Assembly (NCBI GenBank): GCA_944387395.1
Contig: CALXEU010000038.1
Span: 1-58,408 of the forward strand
Source: an uncultured Clostridia bacterium
Lineage (GTDB): Bacteria > Bacillota > Clostridia > TANB77 > CAG-508
DNA: 58,408 bases
Direction of reading: 5' to 3'
The notes under the pieces were generated by a model. The model ran no database searches and was not told the origin of the DNA. It saw nothing but the letters and a program-made list of their open reading frames with translations. Shown piece after piece: positions 1 through 8,689 of this stretch. The translations under genes were made by a program, and so were the position numbers. The number at the start of each line of letters is the position of its first letter. Within the stretch, counting starts at the first letter, position 1.

Positions 1-1
1 T

Positions 2-391
2 GAGACGATGAATTGGTTAAAGTCGACAGTATTAAGTGAGAGTGCAGTAGATTCGGATTCTAAAAGTTGGGGAAATTACAAAGATGAAAATGTATATGAT
101 AGCAATGGAAGTAAAATAATCAAAGAATCAGGTAGCTCCGCAACATTAAATACAGGAGTAACCACATATACAATGAAAAATAATATATATGATTTAGCAG
201 GAAATTATTGGGAATGGACACAAGAGGCGGCCCGCTCTAGCGGTCGAGTTATTAGAGGAGGCAATTCTAACAATTCTGGCTCTAGCTATCCAGCTTCTTA
301 CCGCCTCAACTACACTCCGGACTACACCGTCAGCATCTTTACTTCACGTCCAGTTTTATATGTAGCTCTGAATGCTGAAGAGAATAATTAA
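2..391 (+). CDS. 3' part of a gene whose product ends in an FGE-sulfatase (SUMF1)/C-type-lectin-fold domain; 5' end outside window
   Basis: The frame is open to the window edge; the ORF track starts at an internal Met at 8. 'NIYDLAGNYWEWTQE...GRVIRGG' matches the GNxWEWT...RxxRGG core of FGE/CLec-fold domains. The last ~40 codons are compositionally aberrant (see findings). Confidence 0.6.
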   Translation, partial: ETMNWLKSTVLSESAVDSDSKSWGNYKDENVYDSNGSKIIKESGSSATLNTGVTTYTMKNNIYDLAGNYWEWTQEAARSSGRVIRGGNSNNSGSSYPASYRLNYTPDYTVSIFTSRPVLYVALNAEENN

Positions 392-444
392 AAAATAAAG
401 TATAGCAAGGCATAGTATATAAACTATGTCTTGTATATTTATAT

Positions 445-1875
445 ATGAAAGACTTGAATATAGTTATTTTGCTAATACTTGCAGGAGTAAGTATTAATTT
501 AGTGTTAGGAGAAAATGGATTAATAAAGAGAGCCCAGGAGGTATCATTAAAGACTGATGAAACACAAGAAAAAGAAGGAATAGAAATGGCTATAGCATCA
601 AGTAAAATGGAAGATGTTAATACACTAGGGATATCTAAAACTAGTTTAGAAAAAGCACTAAGAGAGCAATTTGGAAACAACAAGGATTTCACAGTAACAG
701 ATAATGGAGATGGAAGTTTCCTAATAGACATGAATGACACACAAAGAAGTTATTATGTAGAAAATACAGGAGAAATAATAGATGAAAGTAATATGATAGA
801 AATAGGAACAGCAGAAGAATTGAAGGCATTTAGAGATGATGTTAATAGTGGAAATACTTATGAAGGAAAGTATATAAAATTAACTAATAACATAACATTG
901 AATATAGAAGAAGAATGGGAACCAATAGGGTTATATCCCAACAATACGACCGGGCCAGATGATAAAATAAACAATAGGTATTTTAAGGGTATTTTTGATG
1001 GAAATAATTATGAAATAAATAACATATATATAAATAATTCAAATAAAGGTCAAGCATTATTTGGATTAACTGAAAATGCTATGATAAAAAATATAATTTT
1101 AGGAACTAATAATAACATTAGCGGAGGACCTGTTACTACTGGTATTGTTGCATATTGCTATTCTAGTAAAATATATAATTGCAAAAATAAAAGTGCTATA
1201 ACAGGCAATGGAAATTATGTTGGAGGAATAGTCGGTTATGCTTATAAAAATTCAATAATTGAAAATTGTAGTAATACCGGGAATATTACTATTGGTGTTG
1301 GTTGTTATGCAGCTGGAGGCATAGTAGGGCAACAACAATCCAATATCCAGGTTATTAATTGTATAAATTATGGAAATATAACAGGATATAATCATGTTGG
1401 TGGAATTATTGGTTCAGCAATAGATTCTAGTGTAAGTAATTGTGCTAATATAGGCAATGTAGTAGCGACAAACAATATTGCGGCTGGAATAATAGGTATT
1501 TCTTCTCATAATATTAACATTGAATCATGCTATAATATAGGCAATATAAAATCTATATCTGGAGCATCAGGAATTCTCGCTTATCAACAATCCTCTCCTA
1601 ATACAATAATAAGTAATTGCTATACAGCTGGAAATATTGAAGCTAACTATAATTCTGTAGCTATTTGTATAGCTCAAACAGGAATTGCTTTAAATATAAG
1701 TAATTGTTATTATTTAGAAAACACAATTAACGGAACTAATGATGTCCAAATCAATAAAGGATTAACTGTTAAAAATAGTGAAGAATTAAAACTTTTATTT
1801 ACAGAATTAGGAGAAAATTTTAAAGAAGATACAAATAATATTATTAATGGCTATCCAATACTTAAATGGCAATGA
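445..1875 (+). CDS. Surface/secreted protein with GLUG-like repeats (GG[IV][IV]G every ~27-30 aa) and a hydrophobic pseudopilin-like N-terminus
   Basis: The 476-aa ORF has repeated 'N.GNI.G..HVGGIIG / AAGGIVG / VGGIVGY' units. The N-terminus 'IVILLILAGVSINLVLGENGLIKRAQE' resembles the hydrophobic helix of prepilin-like Firmicute proteins but lacks the cleavage motif. No clear Shine-Dalgarno lies upstream. Confidence 0.55.
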   Translation: MKDLNIVILLILAGVSINLVLGENGLIKRAQEVSLKTDETQEKEGIEMAIASSKMEDVNTLGISKTSLEKALREQFGNNKDFTVTDNGDGSFLIDMNDTQRSYYVENTGEIIDESNMIEIGTAEELKAFRDDVNSGNTYEGKYIKLTNNITLNIEEEWEPIGLYPNNTTGPDDKINNRYFKGIFDGNNYEINNIYINNSNKGQALFGLTENAMIKNIILGTNNNISGGPVTTGIVAYCYSSKIYNCKNKSAITGNGNYVGGIVGYAYKNSIIENCSNTGNITIGVGCYAAGGIVGQQQSNIQVINCINYGNITGYNHVGGIIGSAIDSSVSNCANIGNVVATNNIAAGIIGISSHNINIESCYNIGNIKSISGASGILAYQQSSPNTIISNCYTAGNIEANYNSVAICIAQTGIALNISNCYYLENTINGTNDVQINKGLTVKNSEELKLLFTELGENFKEDTNNIINGYPILKWQ

Positions 1876-1965
1876 TTTATAATGAACAATTCACTAAACT
1901 GCGTACGCAGTGGTCGTAAGTTGAAAAATATAGCTTGAAATAAGAAGAAATACTTGAAAATATAG

Positions 1966-2030
1966 AAAATCTCCTTAAAATATATTATGTGAAATAATTA
2001 CAGAAATATATTTTGAAGGAGATTTTACTT
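1966..2030 (+). terminator. Long AT-rich inverted repeat, probable intrinsic terminator of 445-1875
   Basis: 'aaaatctccttaaaatatatt' (1966-1986) pairs with 'aatatattttgaaggagatttt' (2005-2026), leaving an 18-nt loop, and is followed by 'tt'. Confidence 0.5.
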
Positions 2031-2131
2031 GTGACAAAAAAATATTAGAAAAACTGCGAGGAGATATGGAAATGCAAGAATTCTAACATTATACAAAATA
2101 TACTCTTGATAATTTATGCATTTTGTAATTA

Positions 2132-2160
2132 TTGACAATCAAATACAAAGATGTTATTAT
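2132..2160 (+). promoter_or_regulatory. Sigma-A type promoter of tRNA-Arg
   Basis: TTGACA (2132-2137), a 17-nt spacer, then TATTAT (2155-2160), about 12 nt before the tRNA 5' end. Confidence 0.55.
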
Positions 2161-2171
2161 AATAAAGAAAA

Positions 2172-2249
<78 letters not shown>

Positions 2250-2258
2250 TAAACAAAA

Positions 2259-2285
2259 GACCGTTTTTAAAAACGGCTTTTTTTG
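2259..2285 (+). terminator. Intrinsic terminator after tRNA-Arg
   Basis: CCGTTTTT/AAAAACGG hairpin (2261-2276) followed by a T-run. Confidence 0.7.
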
Positions 2286-2318
2286 TAATATATCTTAAAA
2301 GAAAAGGAAAATAGAATT

Positions 2319-2816
2319 TTGGAAAATAATGAAAATAATAAATTTATGAAAATTGCTCTAAAAGAAGCAAAAAAGTCCTATGATTTAGAAGAAATTCCAG
2401 TAGGAGCAGTAATAGTAAAGGATGGAAAAGTTATAGCAAGAGGGCACAACTTAAAAGAAACAAAAAATGATACAACAAACCATGCAGAAATTATTGCAAT
2501 AAAAAAAGCAAGTAAAAAATTAAAAGCATGGAGATTAACTGGTTGTACAATGTATGTAACTTTAGAGCCATGCACAATGTGTGCTGGAGCGTTAATACAA
2601 TCGAGAATAGACAAAGTGGTAATAGGAACAATGGATGAAAAAACAGGTGCTTGTGGCTCAGTATTAAATGTATTAAAAGATTATAAGTTTAATCATACAG
2701 TAGAGATAGAACAAGGCATTATGGAAACTGAGTGTAGAGAAATCCTGCAAAGCTTTTTTAAATTTTTAAGAGAAAAAAGAAAAAATGAAAAAGACTTAAA
2801 AATAAAAGAAAATTAA
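2319..2816 (+). CDS. tadA: tRNA-specific adenosine deaminase
   Basis: CDA-fold zinc motifs 'HAE' and 'PCTMC'. The length and position upstream of the SRP RNA-dnaX block match Bacillus. The start is either TTG at 2319 or ATG at 2346. Confidence 0.9.
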   Translation: MENNENNKFMKIALKEAKKSYDLEEIPVGAVIVKDGKVIARGHNLKETKNDTTNHAEIIAIKKASKKLKAWRLTGCTMYVTLEPCTMCAGALIQSRIDKVVIGTMDEKTGACGSVLNVLKDYKFNHTVEIEQGIMETECREILQSFFKFLREKRKNEKDLKIKEN

Positions 2817-2858
2817 TAAAAAAACTAAATTATGTGAATAAGAAAGGGTAGTGTAAAA

Positions 2859-3311
2859 TTAAACACTACCCTTTTTAGAATCAATAATAATAGTAACAGG
2901 ACCGTCATTTAAAAGCTCTACTTTCATATCACTACCAAATATACCTGTTTTAACGACAGCTATCTGCTTTTTACATTCACTAATAAAATACTCATATAGA
3001 GGAATAGCAATATCAGGTTTAGCAGCTTCTACAAAACTAGGACGATTTCCTTGAGTGCAATCTCCATATAAGGTAAATTGGGAAATGATTAATAATTCAC
3101 CATCAACTGCTTTTAAAGATAAATTCATTTTATCATTTTCATCACTAAAAATACGCAAATTACAAACTTTTTTCACCAAATAATCCACATCTTGTTTATC
3201 ATCTGTGGAAGTTATACCTAATAAAACTAAAAAACCAGAATTAATTTTATTGTAAACTTTTCCATCAATTGAAACACTAGCATACTTAACTCTTTGAATA
3301 ACAACTCTCAT
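2859..3311 (-). CDS. dtd: D-aminoacyl-tRNA deacylase
   Basis: 150 aa with the typical Dtd N-terminus 'MRVVIQRV..ASV' and 'SQFTLYGD' motif. Confidence 0.9.
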   Translation of the reverse strand: MRVVIQRVKYASVSIDGKVYNKINSGFLVLLGITSTDDKQDVDYLVKKVCNLRIFSDENDKMNLSLKAVDGELLIISQFTLYGDCTQGNRPSFVEAAKPDIAIPLYEYFISECKKQIAVVKTGIFGSDMKVELLNDGPVTIIIDSKKGSV

Positions 3312-3521
3312 AAATCCTCCCTAAATCATAAATTTAAAATATAATAACCCAGAAATAAATTTTTTTCAATATATAAAATAATATAAAGAACAAAATTACA
3401 ATTGACAAAATATGTAAATTCGTAATATAATAAAAGATACATTATCCTTGGTACCAGGAAAAATAAACGGTATAGGTTACAAAAAGATACTTCGTACTAG
3501 TAAATACTATGGAGGAAATTT

Positions 3522-4106
3522 ATGAAATTAGGAGACTTTTTTATTCGGAATAACAAAGGCAAAAATGGAGATACTTCAAAGAAAATATCAAAAGGAATAG
3601 AATGTAGAACTGAAAAATTTGAGGGCTTTCCAGCAATTCTTGGGCTTTTAGGAGTGATAATTCCTGTAAAGATAGATTTTTCTTACTCAGAAGAATATTG
3701 CTTTAAAGGTGTTAGAGCACTTAAAAAAGAAATATCTATCAATGGAAGAGAACTTCACTGTATCTATAGCGAATATTTTTGCAATAGAAAATTAATAATT
3801 AAAGAAAAATATGTCATTAGAATTGAAATAAACGAACCAGGATTTAGGAGGAAAAATATCGTATTACGAAATAGTCAAAGCATTGAGGAATACCTTTTAA
3901 GCTTAAATGAAAGGTTAAAGATAAAGGATGTTTATGAAAAAGTTATGGAACTTTTAGGTCTATCTGATGAGGAAATTTCAGAATGTGGAAAAATATTAAT
4001 TGCTTATATGAAAATCGAAGATGAAAGAGAAACAACCATAAGTAAAATTGTTAGATCTTATGGTCAAATACAGGAATATGTTTTTTCCGAAAATGACGAG
4101 GCTTAA
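3522..4106 (+). CDS. Hypothetical protein (194 aa), no recognisable domain
   Basis: GGAGG RBS 7 nt upstream, and a TTGACA-18-TATAAT promoter near 3403-3432. It contains the only in-frame CGG I found in an AT-rich gene that is not at a frame break (3546-3548). Confidence 0.5.
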   Translation: MKLGDFFIRNNKGKNGDTSKKISKGIECRTEKFEGFPAILGLLGVIIPVKIDFSYSEEYCFKGVRALKKEISINGRELHCIYSEYFCNRKLIIKEKYVIRIEINEPGFRRKNIVLRNSQSIEEYLLSLNERLKIKDVYEKVMELLGLSDEEISECGKILIAYMKIEDERETTISKIVRSYGQIQEYVFSENDEA

Positions 4107-4277
4107 TGTGTCCTTGAATATTGTGATAAAATCTGTAGCAAAAATCAGTCTAAAATTATGAACCGAGTAAAAGAAAGAATTTCAAAGTCGCAGGAATTCA
4201 TTAACAATAATTAATGTTTTAAAATCCTACACTTATACAGCACATGCCAAGAGATAAAAACTCTTGGCATATGTAGT

Positions 4278-4319
4278 ATAAAATAAAAAGAAGAGGGCCA
4301 GAATTAATCCTGGCCCTCT
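4278..4319 (-). terminator. GC-rich intrinsic terminator of the 77-aa gene
   Basis: AGAGGGCCAG (4292-4301) pairs with CTGGCCCTCT (4310-4319), followed on the minus strand by a T-rich tail. Confidence 0.75.
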
Positions 4320-4335
4320 CCGCTAACATGGCTTC

Positions 4336-4569
4336 TTAGAGATGCTCGACCCAACTTTCGTGGCTCCAGCCGGTTACGGATTTCCCGTATTCCACCTCCA
4401 GCATTCGCAGGAGGTGTCCTGTTGTGCAACCGTAATTGCACTGATCCACCGTGGGCATTCCGCCCAACTTCATACACTCTTTGCAGTGTTCAGTAAGCTC
4501 TGCCCGTCTCCTCTCATAAGCCTTTTTCTTGGCTTCGAAATCTTCGGACTTCTTTTCGATATCAGCCAT
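4336..4569 (-). CDS. Small Cys-rich hypothetical protein (77 aa) in a GC-rich island
   Basis: AAGGAGG RBS, its own TGgTATAAT-type promoter (minus strand, ~4600-4630) and its own terminator. Four Cys are arranged CxxC...CxxxC. Codon usage is GC3-rich, unlike the neighbours. Confidence 0.65.
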   Translation of the reverse strand: MADIEKKSEDFEAKKKAYERRRAELTEHCKECMKLGGMPTVDQCNYGCTTGHLLRMLEVEYGKSVTGWSHESWVEHL

Positions 4570-4734
4570 AATTAGCCTCCTTTACATAATTAGGATAATT
4601 TTATTATACCATAAATTACAACATAATAACAAGTGAAAATTGAAAAATTATACGAAATTGTATATATTTACTAAAAACAGAAAAGATTTTCCATTTGACA
4701 ATTCTAATAATTTTGATATAATATATAAACAATT

Positions 4735-4826
4735 GGAGACGTATCGAAGTGGTCATAACGAGGCTGACTCGAAATCAGTTAGCCGGGAATACCGGCCCGT
4801 GGGTTCGAATCCCACCGTCTTCGCCA
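4735..4826 (+). tRNA. tRNA-Ser (anticodon CGA), class II with long variable arm, CCA encoded
   Basis: Acceptor GGAGACG/CGTCTTC, 3-bp D stem, anticodon loop CTCGAAA, variable arm GCCGG-GAATA-CCGGC, T arm GTGGG-TTCGAAT-CCCAC. Confidence 0.9.
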
Positions 4827-4872
4827 AAACTGGAATAAAAGTCAAAAACAATAATACAATATTAAAGTAGAA

Positions 4873-5640
4873 TTGGAGGATACTTTGAAAAAGTTAAGTG
4901 AAAAAACGAAAGATAAAATAAAATTAAGTATAGCTTTAGGAATATTGCTCACAATAATTTTATGTGTACTATTAATAGTTGTACAATATCAAGTAGAAGG
5001 CGAAAAAAATATGCCATACAAACTTTCAAAAATAACTATAATAAGTACTGCAGAAGGAGAGCAAAACGAAGAAGAAGGCAATCAAAAAGCAAAATGGAAC
5101 TTATCTATATTCCAAAACAATGATGTATATATTTTTATAGACAAAGCAAATGAGGAAGTTAAAGACCTATTAGAGAGTGTCACAATAGAAAATATAGTAG
5201 TAACAGATGAACCTCAAAAGGGCACAATAAAAACATATATGCCTAACAGCGAAGATGGCCGTGTCTTCTCGTATGATGAAGACTATATAGTAAAAGAACA
5301 TCTTACGTACAATGGAGGAACAAACAGCAATACAAGAACACTAACAATAGGAAACCAGGGTGGTTCATGTGCAATAAGATTCTCTAATGCTAATATTGGA
5401 ACATACATATCAAATGACGATACAGAAATAAAACATGATGGAGAACTAATCACTAAAATAGGAGCAACTGAAGAAGAAATATCATTTAATGTAAATTTTG
5501 ATTTAATAATAAAGGTAAATAATATAAAATATAAAGCCAATATTACTCTAAACTTGCCATGTAAAAACTTATGCGAGGAAAAAACATCAAGCATTGAAAT
5601 AACAGATACAAGCTCAATAATATTTAAGAGAATAAGATAA
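4873..5640 (+). CDS. Membrane-anchored hypothetical protein (255 aa)
   Basis: TTG start and a single N-terminal TM segment ('IALGILLTIILCVLLIVV'). The rest is hydrophilic with no recognised motif. Confidence 0.5.
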   Translation: MEDTLKKLSEKTKDKIKLSIALGILLTIILCVLLIVVQYQVEGEKNMPYKLSKITIISTAEGEQNEEEGNQKAKWNLSIFQNNDVYIFIDKANEEVKDLLESVTIENIVVTDEPQKGTIKTYMPNSEDGRVFSYDEDYIVKEHLTYNGGTNSNTRTLTIGNQGGSCAIRFSNANIGTYISNDDTEIKHDGELITKIGATEEEISFNVNFDLIIKVNNIKYKANITLNLPCKNLCEEKTSSIEITDTSSIIFKRIR

Positions 5641-5727
5641 GGGTAATTAAATAAAAGAAAATTATAAATTTTACAATTACAAAAAACAACAAAATATAAT
5701 AAAAAAACATAAAAATCAAAAATACTC

Positions 5728-5756
5728 TTGTCAAAATGAATCGAATAATATATAAT
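5728..5756 (+). promoter_or_regulatory. Promoter of SRP RNA
   Basis: TTGTCA (5728-5733), a 17-nt spacer, then TATAAT (5751-5756). Confidence 0.65.
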
Positions 5757-5762
5757 GCAAAA

Positions 5763-5908
5763 GGTACGAGATTAAGTTCTGACTTTTGTATGGAAAGTAT
5801 TTCAATAGAGAACTATGAACCTTGTCAGGTCCGGAAGGAAGCAGCAATAAGTAGAAAATCTCTATGTGAGATACTCTCCATAGAGAAGCCAGAAAATCTG
5901 GTACTATT
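5763..5908 (+). ncRNA. ffs: Signal recognition particle RNA, short single-hairpin form (~145 nt)
   Basis: The domain IV motif 'GTCAGGTCCGGAAGGAAGCAGC' lies at 5824-5845. The flanks pair into one long helix: 5764-5773 with 5895-5904, CTGACTTTTGTAT with ATAGAGAAGCCAG, ATAGAGA with TCTCTAT. A U-tail follows, and the gene sits directly upstream of dnaX as in Bacillus. Confidence 0.85.
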
Positions 5909-5995
5909 TTTACTTTATAGAAAATTACATTTTTCATGTAATTCTGTATAAAATAATGAAAATTTTATATAAACTGATTTCCAGGGGGGTTATTA

Positions 5996-7636
5996 ATGGA
6001 ATATACAGCTTTATACAGAAAATTTAGACCAACAAAATTTAGTGAAGTAGTAGGGCAAGAACATATAGTAAAAACAATAAAAAATGAGATTATAAACGAT
6101 AGAGTTGGTCATGCATATCTATTTAATGCAGGAAGAGCAACAGGAAAAACATCATGTGCCAAAATACTAGCAAGAGCAATAAACTGCTTAAATCCACAAA
6201 ATGGAGAACCCTGTAACGAATGTGAAATATGCAGGGCAGCCATTGAAGGATCACTCACAGACATAGTTGAAATGGACGCTGCATCAAATAACAGTGTTGA
6301 AGACATTAGAGCAATTAGAGATGAAGTAAATTTTTTACCAACACTTGCAAAATACAGAGTATATATAATAGATGAAGTTCATATGCTTTCAATAGGAGCT
6401 TTTAATGCATTATTAAAAACACTAGAAGAGCCACCAGCACATGTTAAATTTATTCTTGCAACAACTGAACCACAGAAATTACCAGCAACAATACTTTCTA
6501 GATGCCAAAGATTTGACTTCAAAAAAATAAGTGCTGAAAACATAGAAAAAAGATTAAATTTCGTATGCGAAGAAAGCAAAATTGATATTACAGAAGGTGC
6601 CAAAAAACTTATATCAATACTTGCAGAAGGAGCATTAAGAGATGCATTAAGTATACTAGAAAGATGTATGCAAGAAGAAGGGCAGATTACAGAAGAAGTA
6701 GTAAAAGAACTAGTAGGAATACCAAAAACAGAAAGTGTAAATAAGCTAACAAAAAGTATAATAGAAAAAAATACAGAAGACGCTTTGAATGCTATAAACG
6801 AAGTTGTAAATGAAGGAAAAGATATTTCTAATTATTTGTGGGAAGTTATAAAATATGTCAAGGACATCTTAATATACAAATCAAATACTAAATTAGAAAT
6901 ATACTCAGAAAAGGAACTTGAAGAAATAAAGGCAATAGCAGATAAAGCAAAAAAAGAGCAATTAATAAAAATTATATATGAATTATCAAATTTACAAAAT
7001 GACATGAAATGGTCATCACAAAAATTAATTATGTTTCAAGTTACCATAATAAAATTATGTAACATGCAAGACTATAAAATTTCAGAAGAATCACAAGCCA
7101 ATACATCTGCAAATGAAGGAATAAATCAAACACAGATAAATGATTTAATGTATAAAATAAATAGACTAGAAAAGCAAATAACAATTATGCAAAATTCACA
7201 AGCAAAAGTTATCAACAATTTTGGAAAAAATGTGGAAAACACAGAGACAAAATTTGATATTCCAGTACCAAAAGCAGAAGTAAAAAAATCAAACTCAATT
7301 AAATTAGGGAATGCAGTAGAAGGATGGCCTAAAATTGTAGATAATTTAAAAAATGAGGGAAAGATAAGTTTATATACAAACTTACTAAATTCCACAGCAA
7401 ATGAAATAAATGACATGACTGTTGGAATAAAATTTGAAAGAGGACTTACTCCATTTGGAAAAACTATTTTAGAAAGACCAGAGAATATGAGTGAAATTAC
7501 AAAACAAGTTTCCATGGAAATGGGAAAGCCAATGAGAGTAGTTCTAATAGATAATAATGATGAAATTGCAAAATCAAAAGATACATTCACAGACTTAACA
7601 AAAGGATTGGATATACCAATAAATATAATAGATTAA
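5996..7636 (+). CDS. dnaX: DNA polymerase III subunits gamma/tau
   Basis: N-terminus 'YRKFRP..F.EVVGQEH', Walker A 'GRATGKTS', zinc module 'CNECEICR', 'DEVHML'. Confidence 0.95.
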   Translation: MEYTALYRKFRPTKFSEVVGQEHIVKTIKNEIINDRVGHAYLFNAGRATGKTSCAKILARAINCLNPQNGEPCNECEICRAAIEGSLTDIVEMDAASNNSVEDIRAIRDEVNFLPTLAKYRVYIIDEVHMLSIGAFNALLKTLEEPPAHVKFILATTEPQKLPATILSRCQRFDFKKISAENIEKRLNFVCEESKIDITEGAKKLISILAEGALRDALSILERCMQEEGQITEEVVKELVGIPKTESVNKLTKSIIEKNTEDALNAINEVVNEGKDISNYLWEVIKYVKDILIYKSNTKLEIYSEKELEEIKAIADKAKKEQLIKIIYELSNLQNDMKWSSQKLIMFQVTIIKLCNMQDYKISEESQANTSANEGINQTQINDLMYKINRLEKQITIMQNSQAKVINNFGKNVENTETKFDIPVPKAEVKKSNSIKLGNAVEGWPKIVDNLKNEGKISLYTNLLNSTANEINDMTVGIKFERGLTPFGKTILERPENMSEITKQVSMEMGKPMRVVLIDNNDEIAKSKDTFTDLTKGLDIPINIID

Positions 7637-7691
7637 TATAAAAATAAGATTACATACAAAAAAGTATGTAGAAAGAATAGGAGGAAACAAT

Positions 7692-8033
7692 ATGTCAAAA
7701 AGAGGAGGATTCCCAGGAATGGGAGGATTTGGAGGAATGAATCTAAATCAATTAATGAAAGAAGCTAAAAAAATGCAAGCTGATATGGAAAAATCACAAG
7801 AAGAAATAGGAAACCAAGAATTTACCGCATCTGCAGGAGGAGAAGCAGTAACTGTAAAAGTTTCTGGTAAAAAGGAAATAAAAGAGTTAAAAATAAAACC
7901 AGAAGTAGTTGATCCAGAAGATGTAGAAATGTTAGAAGATTTAATAACAACATGCATAAACAATGCTTTAAAACAAGTAGATGATGCAACAGCAGCTTCA
8001 CTTGGAAAGTACAACATTCCAGGACTTATGTAA
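7692..8033 (+). CDS. ybaB: Nucleoid-associated protein YbaB/EbfC
   Basis: 113 aa with 'NQLMKEAKKMQ..M' and a conserved position between dnaX and recR. Confidence 0.9.
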   Translation: MSKRGGFPGMGGFGGMNLNQLMKEAKKMQADMEKSQEEIGNQEFTASAGGEAVTVKVSGKKEIKELKIKPEVVDPEDVEMLEDLITTCINNALKQVDDATAASLGKYNIPGLM

Positions 8034-8067
8034 TTACGTAAATAATAAATATATTTAGGAGAGCAAA

Positions 8068-8667
8068 ATGTCATATTATTCACCATCAATAGAAAAACTA
8101 ATAGAAAGCTTTGCAAAATTACCAAGTATCGGGAATAAAACAGCAGCAAGACTTGCATTTTACATACTAAATGCAAGTGAAGAAGAAACTAATAGTTTTA
8201 TAGAAAGTATACAAAATGCAAAAAAAAATCTAAAATATTGCTCAAAGTGTTATAATATTACAGATACAGACCCATGTCCAATTTGTTCTAATAGTACAAG
8301 AGACCAATCAACAATATGTGTAGTTGAAGACGTTAAAGATGTAGTAGCAATGGAAAAAACTCATGAATTTAAAGGTGTATATCATGTACTTCATGGATCG
8401 ATTTCACCAATGAATGGAATTGGTCCTGATGACATAAAAATAAAAGAGCTACTTTCAAGGCTTATGGATGGACATGTAAAAGAAGTAATACTTGCAACAA
8501 ATCCAAGAGTAGAAGGAGAGGCAACAGCAATGTACTTATCTAAGATTATAAAACCTCTTGGAATAAAAGTTACAAGAATAGCCCATGGAATACCAGTAGG
8601 TGGAGATTTAGAGTATACAGATGAGGTAACATTGAGTAGAGCACTAGAAGGAAGAATACAATTATAA
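8068..8667 (+). CDS. recR: Recombination protein RecR
   Basis: 'LPSIG.KTA.RLAF', a C4 zinc finger 'CSKC....CPIC', and a Toprim region. Confidence 0.95.
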   Translation: MSYYSPSIEKLIESFAKLPSIGNKTAARLAFYILNASEEETNSFIESIQNAKKNLKYCSKCYNITDTDPCPICSNSTRDQSTICVVEDVKDVVAMEKTHEFKGVYHVLHGSISPMNGIGPDDIKIKELLSRLMDGHVKEVILATNPRVEGEATAMYLSKIIKPLGIKVTRIAHGIPVGGDLEYTDEVTLSRALEGRIQL

Positions 8668-8689
8668 AAAATAGAAAGAGGAAAAATAA

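Noticed and set aside
339-740. 133-aa minus-strand ORF spanning the first intergenic gap. It is representative of many antisense ORFs, e.g. 7126-7590, 8662-9147, 18624-19163, 22310-22918, 24083-24490, 26682-27149, 31189-31626, 38413-38718, 42056-42391.
   Set aside because: All lie antisense to longer ORFs with clear conserved motifs. They are Leu/Phe/Ile/Ser-rich, as expected for reverse complements of AT-rich coding DNA, and they lack RBSs.
1898-1911. Perfect 14-bp palindrome ACTGCGTACGCAGT after the GLUG-protein gene
   Set aside because: It occurs only once and has no associated regulator or repeat. It could be an operator or part of a terminator, but there is nothing to build on.
4107-4277. 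17-codon ORF (MNRVKERISKSQEFINNN) and a 10-bp hairpin ATGCCAAGAG/CTCTTGGCAT between 3522-4106 and the GC-rich island
   Set aside because: The ORF is too short, with no RBS or recognisable family. The hairpin lacks a T-run on either strand. It is possibly a decayed terminator.
4640-4870. 76-aa ORF on the plus strand
   Set aside because: It overlaps the well-folding tRNA-Ser(CGA) at 4735-4826, has no RBS, and starts with a non-ATG codon. It is an artefact of the tRNA and AT-rich flank.
5731-5951. Two overlapping ORFs (68 aa minus strand, 71 aa plus strand)
   Set aside because: The region is the SRP RNA, with a conserved domain IV motif, a long helix, a promoter and a U-tail. Neither ORF has an RBS.
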